A DNA stretch of 63,488 nucleotides, filler included, from Octopus bimaculoides (taxonomy: Eukaryota): assembly GCF_001194135.2 (NCBI RefSeq). It is 5 parts of 5 records of this genome, joined end to end, with 100 filler letters (N's around TTAATTAATTAA, not from the genome) between each part and the next. Parts side by side here need not be neighbours in the genome. Positions count along the whole stretch, not along the records: positions 30,754 to 46,029 come from NC_068983.1; positions 46,130 to 50,476 come from NC_068991.1; 3 more parts are not named here. One strand, written 5' to 3'. The notes under the pieces are model-generated. The model was not told the origin of the DNA. It ran no database searches and saw only the letters and a program-made list of their open reading frames with translations. Below are positions 34,075 to 47,681 of this stretch, in pieces. The position numbers and the translations under genes are program-made. Every line of letters starts with the position of its first letter. Within the stretch, counting starts at the first letter, position 1.

Positions 34075-34600
34075 TGTACAGGCGTACTTATATCACGTCA
34101 TTTCGGACTGCATTTGCGATTTTTACTCGCTATTGGTAAGATTGTTTTTATATACTCGTTTCTTCGAATTCACCTGTGTGTGTATATAAGTGATTTACTG
34201 TGGTTCTTGAGCCGTTTGACTCCTATTTCTAGCAACACTGCACACTGTACCCTGGTTATGAATTAATTATTTCACTTTTTTGTTATTTTATGCTTGCTTG
34301 TTACTTATACTATTATTTTTTATTAATAATAATGTTTTTATATATTTTTATAATTTTATTCAATTTGATCATTTTGAAATTGCCGCTGCATTCATATGGT
34401 TAATACACACATGGTAACGCGAGTATTTTAGCCCTCGGCAGTAATACTCACTGACGAAGAATAAGTGTTTATCACAGGGTCCGAAATAACGTGATATGAG
34501 TACGTTTGCAACGCATTTGCAATTTTTACTCGCTATTGGTAAGATGGCCTTGACTCCTATTTCTAACAATGCTGTGTTCTATCTTGTACTCTGATTATAA
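34075..34600. mobile_element. Penelope-like terminal repeat (pLTR) remnant
   Basis: 34084-34108 is an inverted copy of 34478-34502; gcatttgc.atttttactcgctattggtaag and ttgactcctatttcta are direct repeats; contains a hammerhead motif. Confidence 0.6.
34445..34502 (+). ncRNA. Type I hammerhead ribozyme motif
   Basis: TACTCA-CTGACGA-[stem II, GTG/CAC apex]-GAAA-TAACGTGAT-A-TGAGTA; perfect 6-bp stem I, AUA triplet, near-palindromic stem III. Confidence 0.7.
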
Positions 34601-34612
34601 ATTAACACACAT

Positions 34613-34646
<34 letters not shown>

Positions 34647-34941
34647 GGGGAGCACTCCGTCGGTTACGACGACGAGGGTCCCAGCTGATACGATCAACGG
34701 AACAGACTGCTCATGAAATTAACGTGCAAGTGACTGAAAATCCACAGACACGTGTACTCCTAACGTAGTTCTCAGGGAAACCCAGCGTGACACATAGCGT
34801 GAAATACAGGTACTACTCATTTTTGACTGGAGCAACTTGAAATAAAGTGTCTTGCTCGAGGACACAACGCGTCGCCGGGAATCAAACTCACGAACTTATG
34901 ATCGTGAGCCGAATGCCCTAACCACTAAACCACGCGCATTC
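34647..34941 (-). mobile_element. SINE-C-type head and core with the SINE-D tail
   Basis: A and B boxes, gtgtcctcgagcaagacactttatttc..ttgctccagtc, then gagaactacgtt..gtacacgtgtctgtgg..gtcgtaaccgacggagtgc. Confidence 0.85.
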
Positions 34942-35596
34942 ACGTATATATATATATATATATTTGTATGTATGTATACCCCCCCCCNNNNNNNNNNNNN
35001 CCTACACACAGATATATATCTCATAAATATAAAGGAAATTACCTTGTGTGGGTGAGCATTTTAGCTACGATCTCTATAAAAATGAAGTGAATTTCTGTCT
35101 AGAGCAAATGACACGTAATATGTACGGAGTCGAGAAAAAGTAATTATTTTATACACAGTAAGTTAATTATATCAAATATATCTTCTCTGGCCATAAGATT
35201 GCAATTTTGTATAGTAGCAGCTATAAAGTAACAAATTTGATGTCGATATCACCATTAAATTAAGAATATGATGCCCTATCAAAACTTATTATGTACTGAA
35301 CCGGTGAATTATAGAAACAGACAACGGAATGTAACGGAAGAAGAGGAAAAGTTTGCGAAATCACTGTTGGTACTTTTCGCGAGAAAAGTAAAAGTAAAAA
35401 ATAAAAAATAAATGTAGAAAGAACTACAATAACAAAAATCCACATTAAGAAATTATTCAATTTACAGGAATGAGAAATTAAAGTGATAATAGAAGTGAAT
35501 ATCTTGAAAATATAATGAAGAAAAGCAGTGTTTGTGTAAAGCGTTAAATATGATTAAATGGACTTAATTCCTATTGATTTTTTGTTACGTATTTCT

Positions 35597-35916
35597 ATCT
35601 CTTTTACTCTTTTACTTGTTTCAGTCATTTGACTGCAGCCATGCTGGAGCACCGCCTTTAGTCGAGCAAATCGACCCCGGGACTTATTCTTTGTATGCCT
35701 AGTACTTATTCTATCGGTGTTTTTTGCCGAACCGTTAAGTGACGGGGACATAAACACACCAGCATCGGTTATCAAGCAATGCTAGGGGGGGGGGACAAAC
35801 ACACACACAAATACACACACACACACACANNNNNNNNNNNNNNNNNNNNNNNNNNNNNNNNNNNNNNNNNNNNNNNNNNNNNNNNNNNNNNNNNNNNNNN
35901 NNNNNNNNNNNNNNNN

Positions 35917-35961
<45 letters not shown>

Positions 35962-36120
35962 TACGACGGGCTTCTTTCAGTTTCCGTCTACCAAATCCAC
36001 TCACAAGGCTTTGGTCGGCCCGAGGCTACAGTAGAAGACACTTGCCCAAGGTGCCACACAGTGGGACAGAACCCGGGACCATGTGGGTGGTTAGCAAGCT
36101 ACTTACCACACAGCTACTCC
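35597..36120 (-). mobile_element. SINE-A, full length with internal microsatellite and gap
   Basis: Aligns end to end with 14935-15356. Confidence 0.9.
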
Positions 36121-36412
36121 TACATATATTTTTTCTATGTCCTTATTTTGAATCCATATTTCGTCCATTTTATTTTGATAGCTTGTTTTCTGTGTCTGGG
36201 TCTTGCTATATAATACTTACTCACACTTATAAAAACTTTCAAAAGCAGTACTGTTCTAAATACTCCCGACTGTCGAATAAACGGTTATTGAGTTTGTGTA
36301 GTCGATTTGGATTTAATAAAACACTATTTTATTCTGGCTTTAGTAATCGGATGCTATTTTCTCCAATTTGTCTTGCACGTATATTCTCGTTCGTGTGTTT
36401 GTGTATGTGTGT

Positions 36413-36465
<53 letters not shown>

Positions 36466-36488
36466 TCATTTACCTGTAAAATTACATA

Positions 36489-36750
36489 GCGGAGGCGCAT
36501 TGCTTAGTGATTAGGGTGTTGCACTGATAACCGTGAGCTGGTCATTTCGATCCCAGGATTGGCTGATGCGTTGTGTTCTTGAGATAAACACTGTATTTCA
36601 CGTTTTTCCAGTCCACTCCCCGCCCCGAACATGAGTGACCTTGCGACTGATTGACTGGCGTCCAGTCCAAGAGTGGGGATGTGTACACTACAGGATCCGG
36701 GAAACAAGCCATATGTCCAAATGACTCGCGAAAACCATCGTGCTTTTTTT
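36489..36750 (+). mobile_element. SINE-C, diverged
   Basis: ggaggcgcattgcttagtgattaggg...ttcgatccc...gttgtgttcttgagataaacactgtatttcacgtttttccagtccactc. Confidence 0.75.
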
Positions 36751-36892
36751 TTTTTTGAGAGCTACATACGTGACTCACAGACTGAGAATTTCATGCCTTG
36801 CGCTAATCAAACTGTTTTATGAGTGCATCGCACGAAATTCCCTGCTCTTGAGTAATAAATTAAAGAAATTATGTATGTATGTAAGTACGTAC

Positions 36893-36979
<87 letters not shown>

Positions 36980-37554
36980 CATAGGCATGATTGCAAGGTG
37001 TGTCCGGTAGAGAAGCACGGATGTAATGTGTTAAAAAGTTTCGAATAACTGAAATTGTCTTTACCATTTGAGGAAAAATCTTCCTGTAAGGGTGTTTGCA
37101 ACTTAGAAGCAACACGGATATGAAATAACACTGTCTATTATATACCAATCTAAATTTTTAGAATGTAAACACAACGCAGTTAGTGTTCTTCCGTGATGCT
37201 CTCGTGTCAATGTCTATATTTGAATGATTTTGTACTTTCCCTGAACACGTTATTCGCATCAATCCATAAATTTTATCCTACAAATGTTCTTAATACGATC
37301 TCGTGTCCGTATTGTGACATCGTTTTATTTTCTAATGTCCTTGCGATTTTTTTTTTCATCATATCGTGCTCTTTGCTACAAATTGTGTTTAATCTGATAA
37401 AAGTATTACCGTTATATTTGCGAGATATTTGTTTCTGTTATTATTATAATACTACAGAAATCAAATAACGTCGACACTAGTTAATGCTTAGATGGATTAC
37501 AGCTTTGGAAAGCTAGGTGCCGTAGGCAGGATTTTACTTCAGAACGTGACGTGA

Positions 37555-38160
37555 CAGAACCGTTAGTTAGCCGGACAAAATGCTTAGCGGCATTTCGTCC
37601 ATGTTTCCGACTTACCCTTTCGTCCTTTTACGTTTCTCGAAAGTACCAGTTAGACACTGGGGTCGATGTTTTCGAGTAGCTCCTTCTCCTGAAGTTGCTG
37701 GCCATATGTTCATAATAGAAAGGATCATTGCTGTAATGCTTAAAGCGGCGATTTGGCAGAATCCTTTGCATGCCGGACGAGATGCTTAGTGGCATTTCAT
37801 CCGTCTTTACATTTTGAGCTCAAATTTCTGCGAAGTGCGCTTTGCTTTCCATCCTTTTTCAGAGTTGGTAAAATAAGTACCAGTCGAGCACTGGAGTCAA
37901 TGTAGTCGACGTACACCCTCTGCATAAAATTGTTGGCCTTGTACCAAAATTTCAAACCATTATTACTGTAATGCTTTAAGCTAGCGAGCGTCAGAAAAAA
38001 ATGGTTTGTATTATTTTTTTCTGTTCGTTACCTTCTGAGTTCAAATCATGTTAAGATCAACTTTTGTCTTTCATCCCCACAAGGTTAAGAAAATAGAGTA
38101 CCTGTCGACGGTGGCAACTAATCTCACCTCTCATAATTGCTGACTTAGCGCTTAAATTAG
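37555..38160 (+). mobile_element. Cluster of three diverged SINE-B copies
   Basis: Repeated aaatgcttagcgg...tttcatcc..gataaaataagtaccag..actggggtcgat blocks. Confidence 0.7.
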
Positions 38161-39239
38161 AAGCAATTATTGCAATATTCATTTCAGCCTGTTAATGTTA
38201 CTATCAGTTATCTAAAATGACTTTTTAAAAAATATAACACTGGTCAACAAGTATTTTTTATCAAGCATATGTCAAGGTGTAGTTAGTGTAGTTTTTAATG
38301 CTGATTTCAAATATACAATTAGTTTTTTGACATCACGTACAGTTTTCAAGATAAATAAGTTTTTTGATTTTAGCTCATGCATTATATAGAAATTCCAATT
38401 AATGACGTGTATGCATGTATTTCAGTTACATCATGGAAACATACCTTTAAAATAAACTACATAATTCATTGCTGCACAGTTCAGATGCAATATGTCATCA
38501 TCTTAAATTAACACATGAAGTTTTGTCTGAAGAAATAAATATTTCAACATCTCAAATTGTCCAATCATAATTGGTCTGATGAAAACCTTTCAAACTCAAT
38601 ATAAGCATAACCGTTTGTATCTATTTCCTTACATGTTTTACAGTATTAACAATGTCAAGACAGTGTAGAAATCATCCCGATGTGTTTTCTTATGTCTGTG
38701 GATAATTCATTGTAAAAGTTCGAAAACGCACAATAACGGGGTCGAAAAAGTAAGTCCAGTTGACCACTGGGGTCGATCCTATCGACTAGGCTACTTCGCT
38801 CAAATTTGTTGGCCTTGTGCCAAAAATAAAAAAGAATTATTATTATAAGACAAAAACAAAAAGCTATTGTATGATTTGGCTTTTTTCCGCTACATTCCGG
38901 TGTTAGTTTATGTACTTCACTGTTTTACTATACAAGTGGTAATTTTTCTGACTGCATTTTCTTAATGTAATCTGTTCAGCACAGAATCACATAATTATTT
39001 TATTGCTGTGAGTGGTAGGAACAAGAGCTTATTTCCGGAGGAGATATACGTTATATATATATGTGTGTGTGTATGTGTGTGTATGTGTGTATATATGTAT
39101 GTATGTATGTATATACGTGAGTGTGTGTGTGCGCGCACGCGCACGCGCGTACTTATTTATTTTAATATGCATTACACTTGCATACACACAAATACACATA
39201 CACACATATTTGTATGTATGCATACGCATAGGTGTGTCT

Positions 39240-39564
39240 GTGTAGAAAGAATTCACTTCCAAACCATATGGTTCCAGATTCAGTCTCGTTGTGTGGCACC
39301 TTGGGCAAGTGTCTTCCACTATAGTCCCTGGCTGATGAAAACCTTGTGAGTGAACTTGGTAGGCGGAAACTGAAAGAATCCTGTCGTATATACATACGTG
39401 CATTCAAACATATATGTCTGTGTGTGTGTTTATGTTTGTATTTTCCCCTATACCGGTGTTAGTTTGTTTACGCCCCCGCAGTTTATAAGTTCGCCAAAGT
39501 GACTAATAGAATAAGTACCAGTACTTAAAAATAAGTACTGAGATCGATTCGTCTAGTAAAACTC
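39240..39564 (+). mobile_element. SINE-A, interrupted near its 3' end by Merlin-like copy 3
   Basis: ggttccagattcagtctcg..gtggcaccttgggcaagtgtcttccactatag...gactaatagaataagtac..ctgagatcgattcgtctag. Confidence 0.8.
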
Positions 39565-39827
39565 GGATCTTTTCCCTTTGGCCGGCACATTTAAAAAATA
39601 AGTTTTTGTAACTAAATTGTTTTCACCTCAATAGACCTCATTGATTGGTTGAAATTACCGAAATACGACAACTTTAACACAAAATGACTTCGAAAATAAA
39701 GAATTTTCTTAAAAACGCCAAGAGTAAATGATGTTTTAAATTACCCATTCTACCAGTATACGAAATTTGAACGTGTTTAGTTACAAAAAATTATTTTTTC
39801 AATGTGCCCGCCAAAAGGAAAGGATCC
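39565..39827. mobile_element. Merlin-like MITE, copy 3 (263 bp, no telomeric core)
   Basis: GGATC(T/C)TTTCC.TTTGGC.GGCACATT TIRs; exact 8-bp TSD TAAAACTC (39557-39564 / 39828-39835); internal arm homologous to 3250-3390. Confidence 0.85.
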
Positions 39828-40392
39828 TAAAACTCTTCTAGATAGATAAGTGTGAGCGTGTGTGCTTATATATTATAACATATTCTATGCACAACAAAAT
39901 CTGTATTAGAAATCTAAGATAACTTATAGTAGTTAAAGTACAGCGGGTAAGGCGTTCACTGTGAAACATAAACATATGTAAATTCATTGTTATTCGCTTG
40001 GCATACAGGAAAATAAAGACGATTGCTTTGAAATGTTTTGTAGTAAATTGACAATTCACCCGAAAGCATGCACTTCTCATCCTTCAGCCCCCTAAAAGAA
40101 ATTGGGTTTATCACTATTTAAATCAAACACAAACCAGTAGTTACCTGAAACGGCCACTCAAATTACATAATGTACACTTGTCGGCGGCAAGATTAAATAA
40201 ACAAAATATATTTTATGCATGTACTAGAAAAGATAAGATGTATTTAATGTCGTTAAATTCGCAAGATGTATACGTTTCATAGCGAAGGTTTTAACGACTA
40301 GGTTTTACTATTTAAGTTTATTTCAGATTTTCCGGTACACAACGTATTGTGTATAAATTACCGTTATTTGTTATTTATTATCCTGATAAGGC

Positions 40393-40745
40393 CGACAGCT
40401 GGCAGAATCGTTAACCCGTCGTATAAAACATTTAGCGGATTTTTTCCGGCTCTACGTTTTGAGTTTCAAATCCTGCCAAATTGATATTTGCTTTCATCCT
40501 TTCCAGGTCGATAAGTAAGTTGCAGTCGGATACTGGGACGATATAATCGATTAACTCCTCGCCTCAAAGTTGCTAACAGAAAATTAAAGGCGAACAGCTG
40601 CCAGGATCGTTTGCGCGTCAGACAAAATGCTTAGTATTCTGAGTTCAAATCCCTTCGAAAACAACTTTGTCTTTTATCCTTTCGAGGTCGATGTAACCAC
40701 TAACACTATTCTCCATAAAATTGCTGACCTTGTGCCGAAATTTGA
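40393..40745 (+). mobile_element. Two diverged SINE-B copies
   Basis: agctggcagaatcgttaa...tttcatcctttccaggtcgataag blocks. Confidence 0.7.
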
Positions 40746-41521
40746 AATCATATATCATAATGAAGTTGATCATATTAGCATTAATTTATTGCTTGAAGAT
40801 CAAAGGGTGGTATTATCAAGCTAGCCCTTTACTTGAATCTCTTATGGCCATTCTAAATGCAGGAGACACTGATAAGAATGGCAGGGTTTAGAAAATTATA
40901 ATAAATTTGTATGAGAGCGGTTTGTCTCATCGTGATGGAAGAATTTAATGTTAAGATATTTCGTGGATGCCAATGTTTGTTTGACGCATTCTGGGATATT
41001 GCAAACAAAGACAGTTTGAGGTATACTGTTGAGGTAACAGAATATAAACTAGAAATGAAAGAGGTAATCGAATCTATGTACAACGCACATGCTGGATCCT
41101 GGCAGGTTATCTTAATAAAACATAATGAAGAGAGGTGTGATGACCAGAGAGAAATTCGCCAGATTGAAAATGAAAAGAGTGTGACAAAATCAACTGAATC
41201 AGGAATTCAATGGGTATAAGTAAGATAGGAAATAGCTGAGCAAAGGAAGACATCCCGGTATTCTTTACGGAGTTTGGAACCAGCTTAGTTGGGATTACTC
41301 TTGAGAGCAGTGTACAGTGTAGCTCGGTCGTCGCTGAAGCTGAAGAAATGTCATCGTAGTGTCATCATTATGACGGCTATTATTAATTCTTAACGGTATG
41401 AAGTATGCCATGCAGTGTGGCTAAACCCGGAGCCATACACACACATATATTTATACACGCACATACACGTATGTATATATTCATGCATGTATGTGTATAT
41501 ATACATTGTATATGTACAGAT

Positions 41522-41552
<31 letters not shown>

Positions 41553-42537
41553 AGAAAAAGAGATTAAAAAATAAAGCAGTCTGTTTTAAACTAATTTAGA
41601 CAGCTATATCAAACGATCAGACACCACCAATAAAGGCATGCAGAATACACATCCAAGGAAATTCCTTATGTATAACAAGTAGGTCCAAATATCATTTACA
41701 AGAATTTCAAGAAATTCAGAGTATTAGATAATAAAAATACTAAAAGAGAAAGTCACATCTTTCATTATTGAATTCACGACGATCGTTTGTGTTGTATCAA
41801 CATATTTAGATACAGAAAATATCATTCAAATTAATATATCCGAAAGTACATGTTAACACAACGTTTTCAAGGCGATCCAGAATTAGTGAAATTCGAAGTG
41901 AACTAAGAAAATATTTCGAGCACCACACAAACGCATACAAAAGAATGTTAAAAGGAAATATAATCTAAGAAAAGCTATTTTTGTATTTAACTCTTGGTGA
42001 CGTCAGTAGATAATGAAAAAATAAAAAATAAACATATGAAACATCAGTTATCTTTCTATCAAATATACTAAATATTTTTAGAAAAATTATGCTTATTATA
42101 TACTTAGGTAAGTTTCAGCCAGCATTGGCCTAGGCTATGTCTAATTTAATAGTGCCACCTGGAAAAGACATTTAAAGGTGTTTCATCGACCCCGACTCTC
42201 TCTGCCAAAATTACTGGCTTTGTACCAAAATTTGAAACCGATATCACGTACGTTTGAATACAAATAACATGTTTACATATAAAAAAAAAAACAACCAATT
42301 CACTTTTGAGAATAAATCATAAGCTTCACGTAATTGTTTTATTATAAGCGTGATTAAGGTATGTAAATTATGATTGTAAGTTAAATCTTAATGATTACCA
42401 GAATTATAAGGCAAAGGCCCTTTGTGGGCAGTAAAGAAATCAGAATTATAAGGCAAAAGTCAAAAATCTTGAAAACAAAATTAGGAAATATAGAGCTATA
42501 GTTTATAAAGGAATATAGATACATACATGCATACATA

Positions 42538-43581
42538 CATGATGATGGCCGTCCACTCGTGACCGAGGAAGACCATTGCCGACCTTCAGGAACATTGTGC
42601 GCTCTAGGACTAACTTATATTTTGCATTTGCGGCTCTGTTGGTGGCTAATAAGCCCTGCTCTTGACAAGCATACACGACTGCAAACATTGCAGATCAAGC
42701 TTTCTCCATTCACTATACGAGTAATGCGCTTTCGCGCAGCACGCTTAAGTTCTTCATGCTGGATACGTGCTCTCTCAAAAGTGTCGATACCCCCCTTAAC
42801 CTGCTTCCTCCATCTGTGGCGATGACAGGCATTGTTCTCCCAGTCGGTGTCCTGCATATCACAGGCCTTTAATGAAAATTTGACACAGTCTTTAAATCGC
42901 AGCCTTGGTTTCTGCCGGAGTCTCCTTCCATTCACAAATTCTCCATATAACATCTTCTTAGGAATCTTGCTATCCTTCATTCTAATAAGGTGTCCAGTCC
43001 AACGTAACCGTTGCTTGTGCGCCATTACCTCAATACTCAATATATCAGCTGTCTTCAGGACCTGTGTGTCTGGAATTTTTTAGGTCCACCCAACATTGAG
43101 AATGCGTTTTAGACATCTCTGATGAAAGCGTTCAAAGACCCTTACCTGACGTTTGTACAGAGTCCATGTCTCACATGAGTAGAGGAGCGATGTCAGTACA
43201 CATACACGGTACACAACAACTTTTGTTTGCCTTGCGATGCCATGCTGGGACCAGACACGAGACTGAAGAGACTGGAAGGAATTAGTTGCTCTCTGCAGCC
43301 TGAAAGATATTTCCTCATCCAGGGAGCAAGAACGGCTGAGTGTGCTGCCCAGGTAGACAAACTTGTCTACTACCTTCAGAATTGTTCCTTCAACCAAGAT
43401 AGCTGGTTTCACATATGGATTTCCTGGTGCAGGCTGGAACATTACAACAGTCTTGTCCAGGCTAATGCTAAGTCCAAATGCCTTGCAAGAAGCAGAAATA
43501 CAATTTATGAATATTTGCATGTCATCCACTGTATGAGTGACTAAGTCACAGTCATCTGCATAAAGGAGGTCACGAATAATA
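42538..43581 (-). mobile_element. RTE/BovB-like LINE 3' end, well preserved
   Basis: IIRDLLYADDCDLV..FGLSISLDKTVVM..KFVYLGS..LLYSCETWTLY..RLRWTGHLIRM..CNVCSRVCLSRAGLISHQ (C2H2-like); 3' tail gacggccatcatc. Confidence 0.95.
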
Positions 43582-44244
43582 NNNNNNNNNNNNNNNNNNN
43601 NNNNNNNNNNNNNNNNNNNNNNNNNNNNNNNNNNNNNNNNNNNNNNNNNNNNNNNNNNNNNNNNNNNNNNNNNNNNNNNNNNNNNNNNNNNNNNNNNNNN
43701 NNNNNNNNNNNNNNNNNNNNNNNNNNNNNNNNNNNNNNNNNNNNNNNNNNNNNNNNNNNNNNNNNNNNNNNNNNNNNNNNNNNNNNNNNNNNNNNNNNNN
43801 NNNNNNNNNNNNNNNNNNNNNNNNNNNNNNNNNNNNNNNNNNNNNNNNNNNNNNNNNNNNNNNNNNNNNNNNNNNNNNNNNNNNNNNNNNNNNNNNNNNN
43901 NNNNNNNNNNNNNNNNNNNNNNNNNNNNNNNNNNNNNNNNNNNNNNNNNNNNNNNNNNNNNNNNNNNNNNNNNNNNNNNNNNNNNNNNNNNNNNNNNNNN
44001 NNNNNNNNNNNNNNNNNNNNNNNNNNNNNNNNNNNNNNNNNNNNNNNNNNNNNNNNNNNNNNNNNNNNNNNNNNNNNNNNNNNNNNNNNNNNNNNNNNNN
44101 NNNNNNNNNNNNNNNNNNNNNNNNNNNNNNNNNNNNNNNNNNNNNNNNNNNNNNNNNNNNNNNNNNNNNNNNNNNNNNNNNNNNNNNNNNNNNNNNNNNN
44201 NNNNNNNNNNNNNNNNNNNNNNNNNNNNNNNNNNNNNNNNNNNN

Positions 44245-44304
44245 TGAAAGTGTTTAGTTACAAAAAATTATTTTTTCTTTGTGCTGGCCAAAAGGAAAAG
44301 ATCG
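44245..44304. mobile_element. Merlin-like MITE terminus, copy 4 (rest in gap)
   Basis: gtgtttagttacaaaaaattatttttt..gtgctggccaaaaggaaaagatc matches 39770-39827. Confidence 0.75.
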
Positions 44305-44356
44305 GTACAGTGTTATTAAAATTTGTATTACCACAATACATACATACATAGTATGC

Positions 44357-44406
<50 letters not shown>

Positions 44407-45654
44407 TTGTGTGTGTGTGCGTTTGTGTGTGTGTGCGTGTGTGTGTATTTCAGTCAGTAAATCTTGAATGGTTCGTTCATATAAGAATTATCTCACAAAT
44501 AATCACAACTAAGAAAGTAAGAAAATGTTAGCACGAGCCTCTAAGGTAACAAACCGAAACTAATCCGCTATTTCAGTCTATCTAGCACAAAATCAATCCA
44601 TTACCTAGCCCTTTTAATACCCTTTAAGAGGGGAAAATGAAGGAAGACACCACGATTTAAATAAGGGACTTTATTATTTGTAACTGACTTAACACCTTAA
44701 TATACAATTAATAACTCTACTTTATCAAGATTATATCATTCTTGAAATGGTTGCCTCCCACTCCGTTAATTGCCGGATTATGAAAAACATTCCGGGAAAA
44801 TTTTCTGTGTAAAGTTCTTTGGGAAAGTACTTGACAGAAATAAGGTCACCCATTATGTAAAGAAATGCTGAGAGAAAATATTTTATAACTTACAGGAAAA
44901 CTTGAGATACACGCAAAAAAATAAATTGGATGAACACAAAACTTAATAAATGATGATCGAGAGGAGAATTTTTTCTATGTAAAACATTAACAAGTCAGTA
45001 GTTTGTCTACATTTTAAAAAGCAGTACAACTCTGTCTGCAATATAAAATAACTGCGTAGATTAATTATAAAAACAGTTGCAACGGTTTCGAATAACCAGT
45101 TGCATAAGTATAACAAATGAAGTTACATTTTAATGATATTATATAAGTACTAAGAAAAATTATATGTATTTCTTAAAAAAAATTATTTTTCCTTTAGCTG
45201 ACACAGGTTCTGTTTGATCAGGGCGGAACCAACTAACGCAACACACTAACGCAGTAGGTTATTTAAACTCAATAATTAGCCCACTGCTAAATCGCCTATC
45301 TTACTATATTATCTTCGTCCTCAAGTTGGAGATATAATGTAAGGGAAAACGTTTCAAAAAGATTATAGTCTGAATTACAAATATCAGGACGTATACATTA
45401 CTGATAAATACTTTACATTTTGTTATTTACAATCGTATTAAACCATAAATAATTTAACCTTATCTCGTGTACAGTTTCTGCAAGCAACGAATAATTTCGT
45501 TTGGAACGCAACAAAAATTTCAAATGATTCTTTATATGCTTATATTATATTTATATTTTATTTAGAATTCGGTATCAACACAGAATGTTTGAGTGATCAA
45601 CAGATCACTCTATCGTTATCCGAACGAAAAGTTTAATCAGCATTCTATATTATA

Positions 45655-46029
45655 CTAGCAGAGATACCCGGCGTTGCCCGTGTTACATGCAATTGAAAAA
45701 TGAGACTTTTCTGTTATATTTTCTGTAAGGAACTGGAATACATATGATTCGAATTTCATCAAAATTGCACATGAGGGTTCTTTCCCTCTTTACATACCCT
45801 AAAAAAATTCTAATCATGAGACATGTATCCCATACTATTGATCTTTATGCGCATATTCCAAAATTTCAGTCTTCTGGAACCTGTGAAAAAGATTTTGCTC
45901 CTGCAAAATGGAGCTCATGGAGCTCTAAAATGTGGGAATGAAGGCCCCTATTGGGGGTGGGGGTGTTAATGTCAACCAGAGAAGTTGAATTCTTGGGAAT
46001 GTTTTTACTTGGGTCTTATAGTATGCCTG
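45655..46029 (-). mobile_element. Non-autonomous Helitron 3' end
   Basis: Minus strand cgggcaacgccgggtatctctgCTAG|T, the same hairpin-plus-CTAG end as 22024-22052. Confidence 0.65.
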
Positions 46030-46129
46030 NNNNNNNNNNNNNNNNNNNNNNNNNNNNNNNNNNNNNNNNNNNNTTAATTAATTAANNNNNNNNNNNNNNN
46101 NNNNNNNNNNNNNNNNNNNNNNNNNNNNN

Positions 46130-46226
46130 AACGGCAGACGAAATACCGCTAAGCATTTCGCCCGGCCTGCTAACGTTTCTGCCAGCTCGCCGTCTCTTCG
46201 AAGTTCCTGCTTACCTTCATAAGACG

Positions 46227-46259
<33 letters not shown>

Positions 46260-46630
46260 GAACCTCGAAATTTCTGCTTACCTGCTACGTTCTAAGTTCA
46301 AATTCCGCCGAGGTCGACTTTGCTTTTCATCCTTTCGGGGTCAATAAATTAAATACCAGGGGTCGATGTAATCAACTAGTCCCCTCCCCACAAATTTCAG
46401 GCTTCGTACTTTTTTAGTACAAAGAATTATCATCATCGTAGTGTCAGATAAAATGCCTTGCGGTATTTATTCTTGTTCTTTACGTTTTGAGTTCAAATCT
46501 AGCCGAGTTCAGGTTTGTCTTTCATAAGATCGAGGGTCAATAAAATAAAATACCAGTTGAGTACTGGAGTTGTTATTATTATCTACTAACCCCCTTTCCC
46601 GCCATATTTGTGACCTTGTGCCTAAATTAG
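46130..46630. mobile_element. SINE-B cluster (one minus-strand head, two plus-strand copies)
   Basis: aagcatttcgcccggcctgctaacgtttctgccagctcgcc; gttcaaattccgccgaggtcgactttgcttttcatcctttcggggtc. Confidence 0.8.
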
Positions 46631-46789
46631 GAGCAGTTGATATTATTGTTGTTGTTGTTGCTTCGATTTCTCGATCGATTCTGCTTCGATGAGTATTGAT
46701 CAGCTTTTAAGCTCTGAAGTTTTTTAAAAAATTTTGATTCTTTTTTTTCTATTTATATGTTTCAAAAGAATAACATCTTTAATTTGTTA

Positions 46790-47450
46790 GTGTACGTATG
46801 TACGTGTTTGTATGTATGTGTGAGTGGTGTTTGCGTGTTTTTGTTTTTGTATGTGTGTGAATGCTTGTGTGTAATCTGTGAATATTGGTCTGTGCGTGCG
46901 TGTGTGTGTGTATGCGTTTTGTGTGTGTGTGTGTGTGTGTGTGTGTATACCTGAATGTTTGTGTATGAGTGTTTTTGTGTGAATGTGTGTGTTTTTGTGT
47001 GAATGTGTGTTTTTGTATGTGCGTGTGCATGTGTATATACGCGTATTTTTGTAAATATTTGTGTATGTGTGTATCTATGTGTATTTATGAGGGTGTCTGT
47101 CTATGCGTTTGTAACATGTATGTATGTATGTATGTATGTATGTGTGTATTCGTGTGCATGAAATGTATGTCTATATATGTGTGTGTTTATGTATGAATGT
47201 GTATTAGCCGCTGTATGTGTGTGTGTGTATGTGTGTGTGGGTGTTGAATTGACATACACATATTCACACATACACACGTACCACATATAGACACACGCGC
47301 GCACACACTCACACACACACACACACACAACACTCGTTCTCTCCCTCACATACAGGCGCACGCACAAACGCACACATGCAAACAACTGCCAGTTACACAC
47401 ACACACGCTCACACCCAGATACAACACCCAATACCCATTCACACGTACAC
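46790..47450. repeat. Degenerate (TG)n switching to (CA)n
   Basis: Directly visible; polarity switch at about 47250. Confidence 0.85.
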
Positions 47451-47681
47451 TCCTCTACGTGGTCACTCATCTCTCTAAAAATAACTGCCAAGTCTCCCTC
47501 AAGTTACGGTTTCCCGTTTTAGATAAAAGATGAAGAGAAACAATATAGCAGTTATGATAAAAGAAATTCCTGTTATGTAAAATGTCGATTTGGTCATGGC
47601 TGGAACGCTGTTGATCAAACCGAATCAGCAACAACAATACATGAATAGCATTTTCAATATTGTATACTATGGAAAGACGTA

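Noticed and set aside
40830-41350. 102-aa ORF (40911-41219) or possible LINE 3' remnant
   Set aside because: No motif I can identify with confidence on either strand.
44530-44570. Further hammerhead candidate (..GG taacaaa CC GAAAC TA..)
   Set aside because: The CUGANGA box is absent and stems I and III do not pair.
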